IMG/VR virus record: IMGVR_UViG_3300021091_000027
Location: 1-64,000 of that record
Direction: 5' to 3' (one strand)
Source of the DNA: a virus
Length of the DNA stretch: 64,000 nucleotides
Shown here: positions 28,712-37,871 of the stretch, one piece after another
Layout: each line of letters opens with the position of its first letter
Position numbering within the stretch: position 1 is the first letter of the stretch
Notes under the pieces: generated by a model
The model's input: the letters and a program-made list of their open reading frames with translations, nothing else
The model's database searches: none
Told to the model about the DNA's origin: nothing
Translations under genes and position numbers: made by a program

Positions 28712-29503
28712 ATGGATCTTCCACTAGAACCAGATAAGAAGTATAAGCTAAATGAGGCAGGAGATTTTGTAGAAACTGATAAGTTGCCAGAAAATATTGC
28801 ACCTATTCCTGAAGAAGATCTTCCTCCGGATATGAGATCTGACGCTAAGAAGACTGTTGAAAAATTAACGGAGGCTGTGAATAAGATAAGCAAGATTGTT
28901 GAGGAAAGAAAAGAAAGTAAACCCTCAAATAGTGAGCCTGAATATAGTGTTTCGAAGGAAGAAAAATTAGCATTCCTAAAGTCCATAGTATCCAATTGCC
29001 CATATAAAAAGACATTTAATGCTTTTAACGGGGCCGTCAAGATGACCTTTAAGACACTGTCAACATCTGAGCTGGATGCCATATCCGAAGCAATAGTCAT
29101 TCAAAGTACCAGAGTTCCATACTCAAATATGATTGCTTTGGCTGGAGCTCATATGAGATTTGCTATGGCCAGCTCTCTCGTAGAAATTCAATTTCAGGGA
29201 GAGGACGGTGTGACTATAAAAGGTTTTCAAAGTGTAGAAAAGATGTATGGAGATGAGTCAAAAAAAGATTCTTTTCTTATAAGAGATAAAGATGGCGTAA
29301 TGCAAAAAAAAGAATCTGTACTGAGTTCGACTCCAGGTCAAAAAGTTCTATGGGCAGCTGTAGATAAGTTTTCTGATCTTAGCGTACCTATGTACAATTT
29401 AATGTTCGAAAAGTATCAAAGATTTGATGCTGAAGTGCTGCAACTAACCAAAGAAGCAGGAGATCCAGATTTTTTTCAAACTGGGGCAGATGGGCGCTCC
29501 TAA
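28712..29503 (+). CDS. tail assembly chaperone (gpG-like)
   Basis: Located upstream of the tape measure gene; ends DPDFF over a T7 slippery run. Confidence 0.7.
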   Translation: MDLPLEPDKKYKLNEAGDFVETDKLPENIAPIPEEDLPPDMRSDAKKTVEKLTEAVNKISKIVEERKESKPSNSEPEYSVSKEEKLAFLKSIVSNCPYKKTFNAFNGAVKMTFKTLSTSELDAISEAIVIQSTRVPYSNMIALAGAHMRFAMASSLVEIQFQGEDGVTIKGFQSVEKMYGDESKKDSFLIRDKDGVMQKKESVLSSTPGQKVLWAAVDKFSDLSVPMYNLMFEKYQRFDAEVLQLTKEAGDPDFFQTGADGRS

Positions 29504-29826
29504 TACTTGACGCCTATGAGAATTCTCTACTGAGCCATAGCCCCACTCAAGACAGACTAGGAGTAGCTAGAGAATCAATAATTATTCAGTATAAGGCCTA
29601 TAAAAGGTCAATAGCGGTATATAAAGAAATACTGAATAATAAAAGAGCGGTTCTGTCTGCTGGTATTTACCAAAATCCAATAGACGGATTAAACGACGCC
29701 ATGGCTCAGTATGTAGATAAGATTGACTTTATTGCGGATAAGGCTTATTCCGTAAAATCAAGTAATCAGACCAACGAAGAGCTATATGAGGAGTGGAAGC
29801 AGATTTTTGGTAAAATAGACGAATAA
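29470..29826 (+). CDS. -1 frameshift extension of tail chaperone (gpGT-like)
   Basis: T TTT TTT at 29470-29476. The -1 frame stays open for 116 codons (SNWGRWALLILDAYEN...EEWKQIFGKIDE*) and stops 2 nt before the tape measure ATG. Confidence 0.8.
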   Translation, partial: FFSNWGRWALLILDAYENSLLSHSPTQDRLGVARESIIIQYKAYKRSIAVYKEILNNKRAVLSAGIYQNPIDGLNDAMAQYVDKIDFIADKAYSVKSSNQTNEELYEEWKQIFGKIDE

Positions 29827-29828
29827 TT

Positions 29829-32800
29829 ATGGGTCAAGTTCCAGAACAATTTCCAAGACAATTTGTAGATACTGCTTCTGCCTATAGCAATCAAAATTTG
29901 GCCATGATGGGCCAAATTAGTAATATGTTGCAAGCAAATGCCTATTTGCTTGGAACACAATTTAAACCAAATAGCACTTATTCTTTACCTTTGCCATATC
30001 AGTCTCCCAATATGTTTGGGCAGATGACCGATGTTTTTAGCGCTGTAGCGGGACCTGAGGCAGGTGCAATAGCTCAGATGGTGATCCCGATGCTTAAATC
30101 TCCAGAGCTAGCACCGTACTTAGGGCCAATACCTGGGGCGATTACTGCAATGCAAAACTCAATGCCCATAGGAGGAGGAGCGGATGCAGGGGCATTTTTA
30201 TATTCTCAATTGCAAAAACGACTAGGTGCATCTATTTTGAAGCCTCCGCCGCTGCCTAGCCTGATGTCCAATCAGCAAGAAATAGATAAATTTAATGAGC
30301 ATATGTTACAGATGCAGGCATTTACTGGCAATCCTGCCCCCGTAGAGCAACTCATGTCCTTTGATCCAAGTTTAGGAGCAGCTGAAACTGGGTACGGATT
30401 TGGAGTGCAACTGGCGAATATAGAGAAACTGAGAAACAGTTCAAGATTTAAAGATACCTTTTCTTTATACGAGGCAGCTGTTGGAGGGCCGTCTGTTAGT
30501 AGCGATCCTGAACTTAAGAAATTAATAGAGTTGGCGCAGAAAGGAACGCCAGAATCTGCAGTTGAAGCGAACAAACTACTGACTCCAGACCTTAAGGCTA
30601 CGGTACAGCAAGTAATCAAAAACGCCGAGGGAGCGACAAATTTTGTCAATACTTCTGGCATGATGGCTAAGATGGCGCCCCAATTAATTCAAGCATTGGG
30701 TTTATCGTCGGATAGCCCCGCAGGGCAGGCTCTATTAGATGCCATTATGGATATAACTGGGGTGAGTAAAGATTCAAGTACTTTTAGCCAGGCTGCAATA
30801 CAGTCTCTTTCCATGATGGGGTCACTTGGAACCACTATATCAGGCCAGGATGCTATGGGGCGTCCAATAATGGCTGCTGACAGAATAACATCTGGAATAG
30901 TAAGCAGAATAGAGTCTGCTAGTTCTCCCTTCTCAGGAATAAGAGGGATGGGAATGCTACGTGCTGGCCAAATGATGAACGAGCTGGCAAAGTCAGGAGT
31001 ACTTACTTCTGGTGGAGTCGATACATTCGGAGCCGTCACGCCTGAAGATGTAAAGAAACTAGAGGAGTCCATATCAATTCAATTGGAAGGATTCAGCGAG
31101 GTAGCTGCTGCAGGTAAGCGAATTGGTATGCAGATATCCGAGATAACTCAGTCGATGCAAAAAATATTTAAGGGACAGTTTGGAAGAGCTTTGGATGATT
31201 CGGCAGGAAGAATATTCCAGGATCTTGCAGCTCAGGCTGGGCCAGGTCCAATGGACGATCAAACTAGGGTATTCCTAGAGGCTCAGGCACAAAGAAAAGC
31301 CGGAACTTCTATGATGCAACAGGTCGAGGCAGCAATTCATTTAGGTAAATTCGCAAGCTTGGGGCCTAGGGAATCCATGGCAGTTTTGGAGACTTCTTCA
31401 CAACTCGCCGAGAGCCTGGGCCTAAGCGGAGGCGTAGGTATAGAGCTGGGTTCAGCCGCTATTGCCCGTGTAGGGCTATCTCAGCGAATGCAAAGACCAA
31501 TGACTCTTGAGCAATCTCTTGCTCAGCAAATGGATATAGCAGCCAAGGCCAAGATAAACCCTTCTACTAGGGCATTCCTGTCGCTAAAGGCAGCAATAAG
31601 TGATGGGGTTTTAAGCGCAAACGATCCTGATGTTAAACAGCTGTTGGACGACGTTGATCAAGGTAAAAATATATCCCCTGAGACTGTGGCAGAATTGATT
31701 AGTAAAACAGGTGCCAAGGTTTCTGCATATGTGAGTCCTGAAGGCATAGAAAGGGGCATGTCGGTTACAGGTGCTATGACTAGTGTGAGCGATTTCTTTG
31801 CTAGAAGTGAGGATGTAAACCTACTGGGCACATTGAAGAGAGAGTTTGAAAGTGTCAATACAAATCCAGAGAGTTTAACAAAAAAGATGACAGGAGGGGC
31901 TGCTGCTGAACTTGCAAAAGCATTTGGCATGGAGGAATCACAAGTAGCTCAAATGAATTTCCATGAATTTGCTGTAAGATTTAACGACATGAAGGATCAG
32001 TCTAGTAGAGCGGCGTTACTAGAATCTTTGGTAAATAGCGGAGTAATAGAAAGGACAGAAAGGGGTCAGATACTATCTATTCTTGGAAATAGTATGGATC
32101 GTTTTGGCTTAGCTGCCGATCGGGGGCCTCAGCGCACAGCAACGGTTAGACTAAAAGAAGAACTTGACATAGAAAAATATGGTGCAACTAGCATGGTACT
32201 GCAGGCACAGGCAGTTACTGAGAATCAGAATGCAATAAACTCTACTTTAAGAAGCAGCAAAGGCAATCTTCAACAAAACGTTTCTTCTGCCTTGGGCGCC
32301 ATAAGAAGAGCCAAAATAGATAAGTTAAAAGCGGGAAGTCCCGGCATGTCGGATGACGACGCCGCTGCGGCTGTGGAAGGGGCGGGTTTTACATTTGGGG
32401 AGATAGTAGAGGCAGCCTCAGGTACGTCATCTGTAGAGCTCGAGGAGGCCTTGAATACCAGAGCTCAAACTCTTGAGGGCGAACTTAAGAAATTGGAAGC
32501 ACTGTCCAGCCCTAACCAAAAGCAAAAAAGAGAAACAGAAGTAGTTAAAAGGGCGCTCGCAGATATCCGGGGTATCCAGGCTGTTAGAGCGGCTACTACT
32601 GAGGATGAAAAGAAAAAACTGATGGAAGAAATAAAAGCTAGGACAAGTCCACCATCTTCAACTGTTACCGCGGCTACCGCTACCGCGGCTACTGAAGAGC
32701 AGCAGAAGAAGAGAGCAGAGGTTGAAAAAAGAGTACAGGACTACATGAAGTCCAGAGGTGTTACCGAAGCGGAGGCAAGAGTGAATGTTGAGCTAGAGTA

Positions 32801-33107
32801 CGAACGTGAAGCGCGCCAACTGATTGCCCCTACTAGTGCCGCAAGTGTAGCCTCCTCCCCCGCTGTGCCCGAACTGCTTGCACGTCCAGTTGAGGGTACC
32901 GAAAAGACACCTGTAGGCGAAGCTCCTGTTGCAAGAAGCTCCGACTCTTTTGTTGATGCTAGGCCAGTAAAAGCAGATGAAGTTAATAAAGCTATAGTAA
33001 TGATGAGCAGTGTTCTAGATGATGTGAAGAAACTGCTTGTAAAACTAGTGGCTTCGTCTCAAAGAGGCGCCGATGCCGGCCAAGCTATGGCAGATGCCAC
33101 TCAATAA
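29829..33107 (+). CDS. tail tape measure protein
   Basis: 1092 aa, helical and A/G/S/M/Q-rich; follows the frameshifted chaperone. Confidence 0.75.
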   Translation: MGQVPEQFPRQFVDTASAYSNQNLAMMGQISNMLQANAYLLGTQFKPNSTYSLPLPYQSPNMFGQMTDVFSAVAGPEAGAIAQMVIPMLKSPELAPYLGPIPGAITAMQNSMPIGGGADAGAFLYSQLQKRLGASILKPPPLPSLMSNQQEIDKFNEHMLQMQAFTGNPAPVEQLMSFDPSLGAAETGYGFGVQLANIEKLRNSSRFKDTFSLYEAAVGGPSVSSDPELKKLIELAQKGTPESAVEANKLLTPDLKATVQQVIKNAEGATNFVNTSGMMAKMAPQLIQALGLSSDSPAGQALLDAIMDITGVSKDSSTFSQAAIQSLSMMGSLGTTISGQDAMGRPIMAADRITSGIVSRIESASSPFSGIRGMGMLRAGQMMNELAKSGVLTSGGVDTFGAVTPEDVKKLEESISIQLEGFSEVAAAGKRIGMQISEITQSMQKIFKGQFGRALDDSAGRIFQDLAAQAGPGPMDDQTRVFLEAQAQRKAGTSMMQQVEAAIHLGKFASLGPRESMAVLETSSQLAESLGLSGGVGIELGSAAIARVGLSQRMQRPMTLEQSLAQQMDIAAKAKINPSTRAFLSLKAAISDGVLSANDPDVKQLLDDVDQGKNISPETVAELISKTGAKVSAYVSPEGIERGMSVTGAMTSVSDFFARSEDVNLLGTLKREFESVNTNPESLTKKMTGGAAAELAKAFGMEESQVAQMNFHEFAVRFNDMKDQSSRAALLESLVNSGVIERTERGQILSILGNSMDRFGLAADRGPQRTATVRLKEELDIEKYGATSMVLQAQAVTENQNAINSTLRSSKGNLQQNVSSALGAIRRAKIDKLKAGSPGMSDDDAAAAVEGAGFTFGEIVEAASGTSSVELEEALNTRAQTLEGELKKLEALSSPNQKQKRETEVVKRALADIRGIQAVRAATTEDEKKKLMEEIKARTSPPSSTVTAATATAATEEQQKKRAEVEKRVQDYMKSRGVTEAEARVNVELEYEREARQLIAPTSAASVASSPAVPELLARPVEGTEKTPVGEAPVARSSDSFVDARPVKADEVNKAIVMMSSVLDDVKKLLVKLVASSQRGADAGQAMADATQ

Positions 33108-33118
33108 GGATATCTACA

Positions 33119-33601
33119 ATGCCAGACATATTTGGATCTAGTTTTGGAAAGATGTTCAAGGTGCCAAATTCCACTCCAGCGAAATTAGCATCGATAGATC
33201 TTATGCCATCTAAGCTGGGCGGTAGTAATGTAGATATACTTATAACTAGTGTTGGGTTGAGTCAATCTGCTAAATTGGCATTTTTTCACACTCTCAGCGA
33301 CTCAATATATATTTATCCGCTGGGAAATGAAATATCCAAATGCGTTATTGAGGGAATTGCAGTTAACTCTTGTGATACCAACGAATACAGTGCAGCTAAA
33401 AAAATAATAGACTTTTATGAAAATAATAGAGCTTCAAATTTTAAAAATATATCAACTCCGATCACATTGACCATACCTCCTATAAATAATTTAGTTGGAT
33501 TTATAGACGGCATGACGATGCAGATAAATGCTTCAGGTAATGAATTTGGTTTTGCAAAATTTAGTATAAGTATGTCAGTGATTCCAAGTAGGAATAGATA
33601 A
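33119..33601 (+). CDS. tube-like baseplate/tube initiator protein
   Basis: Resembles the tube protein (DIFG near both N-termini; ITSVGLSQSAKLAFFHTL..IYIYPLG vs VQNVQIAYQQQVSFIYDL..VYYVSG). Confidence 0.55.
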   Translation: MPDIFGSSFGKMFKVPNSTPAKLASIDLMPSKLGGSNVDILITSVGLSQSAKLAFFHTLSDSIYIYPLGNEISKCVIEGIAVNSCDTNEYSAAKKIIDFYENNRASNFKNISTPITLTIPPINNLVGFIDGMTMQINASGNEFGFAKFSISMSVIPSRNR

Positions 33602-34344
33602 TGACAGTATATGATTCTACTAACCCAATTCCTGTAGACGCCCCGTTCTCAAAGATGCTCGGCGCCTTGTCCATGGATGGTTATTTTCCAGGATTTCCTC
33701 ATACTTCTTCAGGGGAGTACTCATTACAGCAGCTTGCCGTATATGAAAAAGCAGCTAAATTGCTTGGGCTTGTTTCGACTGACCCTATGTATCTGGCGTA
33801 TAGAATAAGGCACCTTGACTACTGCATAAGGAATAGCAAATTTAAAGATGTAATATCTTGGAGGTCTGGGTTAGAAGCTTTGAATCAATTAGATTCAATT
33901 TTTGATCAACCTCACAAATTGGTGGAGTCAACTAAAACTTCTAATCTCAACATAAGCTATTACATATCCGGACCTTTGAATAAATTTAATCTTCAATGGT
34001 CTCTTAGAGTTTATGGAATATATCCAAGTTTAAAAATAGATATAAACGGATTATTTAATCAGAGTTGGTCAGCAGCCAACCCTATTTCATTTGAACTGGG
34101 CACCTCCGGCTACAATGTAACACTTAAATGTACCGCAGGAAACGGAGATCCCGTAGAGGGGTTGTTTAAGTTTATAACTCCCTATTCCGGAGATTTAGTT
34201 CAAATATGGAAAGACATCAAGTTAGATAAAGATTTTTTGACGCAACTGATGTACGGGAAGTCAGAATATTCCGAAGCCTTATTTTTCTCTACCTCAGTAG
34301 AAGACGGTATTGCCGCCTTTATATTGGCAGTTAACGAAGCATGA
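33601..34344 (+). CDS. hypothetical baseplate-region protein
   Basis: Translationally coupled ORF in the baseplate operon. Confidence 0.55.
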   Translation: MTVYDSTNPIPVDAPFSKMLGALSMDGYFPGFPHTSSGEYSLQQLAVYEKAAKLLGLVSTDPMYLAYRIRHLDYCIRNSKFKDVISWRSGLEALNQLDSIFDQPHKLVESTKTSNLNISYYISGPLNKFNLQWSLRVYGIYPSLKIDINGLFNQSWSAANPISFELGTSGYNVTLKCTAGNGDPVEGLFKFITPYSGDLVQIWKDIKLDKDFLTQLMYGKSEYSEALFFSTSVEDGIAAFILAVNEA

Positions 34345-35954
34345 ACTCAATACCATCTAATCAAGCTGCATATCAACTGGAGGCATACTTAACTGTAAAA
34401 GATAAGTCGATTCCAATTGTAGACATGGTGGTTGAGTTCGTACTTAATCAGATACCAATAGCCAGAGTACAGATACCGTCAGGGGTAACTTTAAATAATC
34501 CAGCTAATTCAATTAATTTAACCCCGGATGACATAAAGTCTAAAACAAAAGCTTCCATAAAAGTTAAGGGGTTTGGAAAGCCCCATCCCGACAATGTTAA
34601 AGACGCTCTTCCAAAAGGAGACTCTGAAGATATTATTTTTGATGGATATGTGTTGTCGAGCACAGTTGACTTTAATACAACTGGAACAACTACAACAATT
34701 GTGCTTATTCACTGGCTTTATGATCTTGACATAAGTTCGTTCGCATCTGGTGATTTTGACAAAAATACTCCATACGACTGGTTCAAGACAGAGTTCAGTC
34801 AATTAGCGATACCCGATGTTCCAAATGCTCCAAGAGTGGCAGGGGGAGCAGGAGGCACTCCTATTGATTTTAACGTATACGGAGAAAGCGATTGGTGGGA
34901 GGACGTTATAAAGCCTTCTATGATCTTTAAGGCGGAGCAGCCTCTTGCAAATTTTATCAGGCAGCCCCCCTCCAATAATTCTTTAGCAGTGGATGCTCTT
35001 AAAAAAATATTTAGCTATGGCGGTATGAAATTAACATCCAAAGCTTCCAGTGCCTTGACGAAGGTTCCAGATGTTTTGAGAAATATAAATGAACTGGTGG
35101 GATCCGTAATACTTACTGGAGAAGGAGGATCCAGCGGATTTGAAAAGCTGACATCTTTATTATCTACATTTGGCTGTGTGCTTATACCGGGAGTCAAGAC
35201 ATGCAAGGTGTCTCCATATCCTTCTACGGCCCTTGCACTGAAAACATTTAAGGATTATGAATTTGATTTTGCAGGAGGATCCCCAAATATTGGAATTTTG
35301 CCAACAGGGGCCATACTGTATGGAAACGCCCAATCAGATGAGCTTGCTAAGTCCGGCTCCCCTAAGGTAATAGATACTAGATTTGTAGGGCAATTTGTAC
35401 CGACATTACCTGGCATAGACGGTGGGCCATTCATGGTGTTTCCTTTGCCGAATTATATGAGTTGCGTATACAGAAGCAGATTGGATAAAGGTCAGTTTAA
35501 ATCAAAGGTAGGAATAGTACCTTCATATGAACCTTCTCCTAATTCTGCTCCAAGCTCTTCAAGTTCTACTACAGCTCAAGATATTGCTGATTTTGCAGAT
35601 GAGTTAACTAAGTCTTATTATTTTTCAAAGCTATTTAGCACAAGAACTCAAGATATAATGTTTGGATATAGGTTAGATATATGTCCGGGTAATGTAATAC
35701 TTTTGGAGAGGAATACAGGATCTAGTGCAGGAGAAAATATATCAGGTTTGGCTAAGGATTGGAAGAAAAGAGGTGTAGTTGAATCGGTATCCATCATTAT
35801 GTCTACGTCTTCCAATAGAGTAATGACTAGCGTGAGAATAAGGCATGTAATGGAAAAACAAGACTTAGATATTTTTGAACAATATTTATCTGGTTCTGAG
35901 TTGGCATTATTTAAAGGCTCTACCTCAGTGTTAAAGTCAAAATTATTAGACTAA
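34341..35954 (+). CDS. baseplate hub protein (gp27/gpD-like)
   Basis: EFVLNQIPIARVQI..IIFDGYV N-terminus; RLDICPG..GVVESVSI C-terminus; typical position. Confidence 0.6.
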   Translation: MNSIPSNQAAYQLEAYLTVKDKSIPIVDMVVEFVLNQIPIARVQIPSGVTLNNPANSINLTPDDIKSKTKASIKVKGFGKPHPDNVKDALPKGDSEDIIFDGYVLSSTVDFNTTGTTTTIVLIHWLYDLDISSFASGDFDKNTPYDWFKTEFSQLAIPDVPNAPRVAGGAGGTPIDFNVYGESDWWEDVIKPSMIFKAEQPLANFIRQPPSNNSLAVDALKKIFSYGGMKLTSKASSALTKVPDVLRNINELVGSVILTGEGGSSGFEKLTSLLSTFGCVLIPGVKTCKVSPYPSTALALKTFKDYEFDFAGGSPNIGILPTGAILYGNAQSDELAKSGSPKVIDTRFVGQFVPTLPGIDGGPFMVFPLPNYMSCVYRSRLDKGQFKSKVGIVPSYEPSPNSAPSSSSSTTAQDIADFADELTKSYYFSKLFSTRTQDIMFGYRLDICPGNVILLERNTGSSAGENISGLAKDWKKRGVVESVSIIMSTSSNRVMTSVRIRHVMEKQDLDIFEQYLSGSELALFKGSTSVLKSKLLD

Positions 35955-35988
35955 TTCTTTTGTAGTAAAAATACGGTAAAATAACAAT

Positions 35989-37011
35989 ATGGACTTATTT
36001 CCAACCATACCTAAACCTTCAAAGACTCTAAGTCTGTTTAATGGATTTGAGCAACCCGCTTTCTACGATTCAATGGAGGCTATTAAGAAGCCTGCAGAGC
36101 CTCCTTTAGCTCCAGAGCTTCCAGAAGAGCCCCTAAAGGCTCCGGAGCCCCCAGAGCCCCTAGAGCCCATATTCCCCAAACTTGCCCCAACAGGCACTGA
36201 CGGACTTCCTAAATCCCCGCAGATTGCAACAACTACTTTCCCCGCTGCCAGCGCCTCTCCGATTCCTCAAGCTCCGGTAAAAAAACAAACCTTAGAGGAA
36301 ATGCACTCTGATTGGGCTAAAAATAAAAAAACTGAAAATATGCAAAAGATTCTTGATGAACTTTCATCAGATATTGATAAGGCAATTTACGCTTATTCTG
36401 GTCTCAATGCCGGTCCTGCTGTAAAGAGTAAGGCCAAAGTATTGGCAGCAAAAGCTATAAAAACTTATGACCCTAAATCTGGAGCATCTTTAAAAAGTTG
36501 GGTATACACCCAGTTACAGCCTTTAAGCAGATACTCTAGAGATCTTAATCCTTCTCCTATGCCAGAGCGTGCCTATCAGCAGCTAAGTTCCATTAAGAAG
36601 CATGAGGCTGAGTTCTACGAAAATAAAGGCCGTCCGCCTTCAGATGCAGAATTAGCAGATTTAACTGGAATGTCAGTAAAGCAGATTCAAAAAGTAAAGG
36701 AAATGGAAAAGAAGACTTACAGCGAAGGACACACTGCCTACTCCGGAAGCACCCCTGCCACCTCTCAAGAAATTACTGCAACCGAAAATACTAATTTTAA
36801 AAAGAACGTACTTGACACTTTATACAGTTCGCTAACTCCTCAAGAGCAGTTAATCTTAGAACATAAATTAGGCTATAATGGTAAAAAAATACTTTCTAAT
36901 AATGAAATATCTAAAAAACTTGGAATAAGCCCAGGAAGAGTTAGTCAACTTACTTCAGAGCTATCTAAAAAACTGGAGGAGTACGTAGAGTTAAATAAAG
37001 GCAGCATGTGA
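35989..37011 (+). CDS. sigma-70 family RNA polymerase sigma factor (FliA/SigF-like regions 2-4) with Pro-rich N-extension
   Basis: Region 2 KAIKTYDPKSGASLKSWV; region 3 GRPPSDAELADLTGMS; region 4 LTPQEQLIL..SNNEISKKLGISPGRVSQL. Confidence 0.88.
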   Translation: MDLFPTIPKPSKTLSLFNGFEQPAFYDSMEAIKKPAEPPLAPELPEEPLKAPEPPEPLEPIFPKLAPTGTDGLPKSPQIATTTFPAASASPIPQAPVKKQTLEEMHSDWAKNKKTENMQKILDELSSDIDKAIYAYSGLNAGPAVKSKAKVLAAKAIKTYDPKSGASLKSWVYTQLQPLSRYSRDLNPSPMPERAYQQLSSIKKHEAEFYENKGRPPSDAELADLTGMSVKQIQKVKEMEKKTYSEGHTAYSGSTPATSQEITATENTNFKKNVLDTLYSSLTPQEQLILEHKLGYNGKKILSNNEISKKLGISPGRVSQLTSELSKKLEEYVELNKGSM

Positions 37012-37418
37012 AAGAAGTAACCAAAACTGTTTTTAAGGCACTCAAAAAGGTCAGCAAGGACTCCTCCTCTGGCTTGAGCGGTGGCTCTTTTTTTAGAAAT
37101 TTATGGGAGCCGGAAGAGGGAAATAATAACTTCAAAGAGTTGGTCGATATGTTTGATCGTTCTGAGTTGGAGCAAGAGTATGTTGCCACTACCGTTCTTG
37201 AGTCTTTTAAATTCTTTGATTTGATGAAACTGCAGATGCAAAACGATGCGGTGGCTCCAATTCATAGAGATATGGCCTATAGGTACTCGTCTAGGATAAA
37301 CAGAGTGCTAAACGAGGTTGGTAGAAGAGAAGCCATGGCCCAGGATAAGACGGGAATCATATCTCAACTTGAGGATGCTATTACTGGATTCTTGGCTACT
37401 AGAGAGGGGGAGAGATGA
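37008..37418 (+). CDS. hypothetical protein
   Basis: Coupled ORF (GTGA and ATGA overlaps). Confidence 0.55.
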   Translation: MKEVTKTVFKALKKVSKDSSSGLSGGSFFRNLWEPEEGNNNFKELVDMFDRSELEQEYVATTVLESFKFFDLMKLQMQNDAVAPIHRDMAYRYSSRINRVLNEVGRREAMAQDKTGIISQLEDAITGFLATREGER

Positions 37419-37870
37419 CGGTATCGCAAAACTATGTAGGCAAGAATGTGGATATATGCGTACTTGAGACTGGAGCTTCTGCCGGCCCTGCGGATGTATT
37501 CGTTGGCTGGAAGCAGTCGGGAACAGTTATTTCTGGGCCCTATAAAATAGTGCAGAAGTTTGTAAAGTTTCTGCTGACCGAACGGGGCACTGTACCGTCC
37601 GACACAACATACGGAACATCATTCATAGGTAAACTTACAACTGGTCAAATATCTACACAACTTGCCTTGTCCCTTGAATTCTATGCCGATTTGCCTGAGA
37701 TACTTAATTATATAGATTCTACGAATCTCAATCCAAGTCCTGATGAAACTTTATCAAAAGTAACATTGCAATCTTTTACCGTATCTTTAGATTCGGCTAC
37801 AATGAAGCTTTTATTTGAATTTAAAGACTCTTCCACAATACTGACTCCAGTGAATATATCTACGATTTAA
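37415..37870 (+). CDS. baseplate wedge/sheath initiator (gp25/gpW-like)
   Basis: KIVQKFVKFLLTERGTVPSDTTYGTSF motif; precedes the J-like gene. Confidence 0.75.
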   Translation: MTVSQNYVGKNVDICVLETGASAGPADVFVGWKQSGTVISGPYKIVQKFVKFLLTERGTVPSDTTYGTSFIGKLTTGQISTQLALSLEFYADLPEILNYIDSTNLNPSPDETLSKVTLQSFTVSLDSATMKLLFEFKDSSTILTPVNISTI

Positions 37871-37871
37871 T

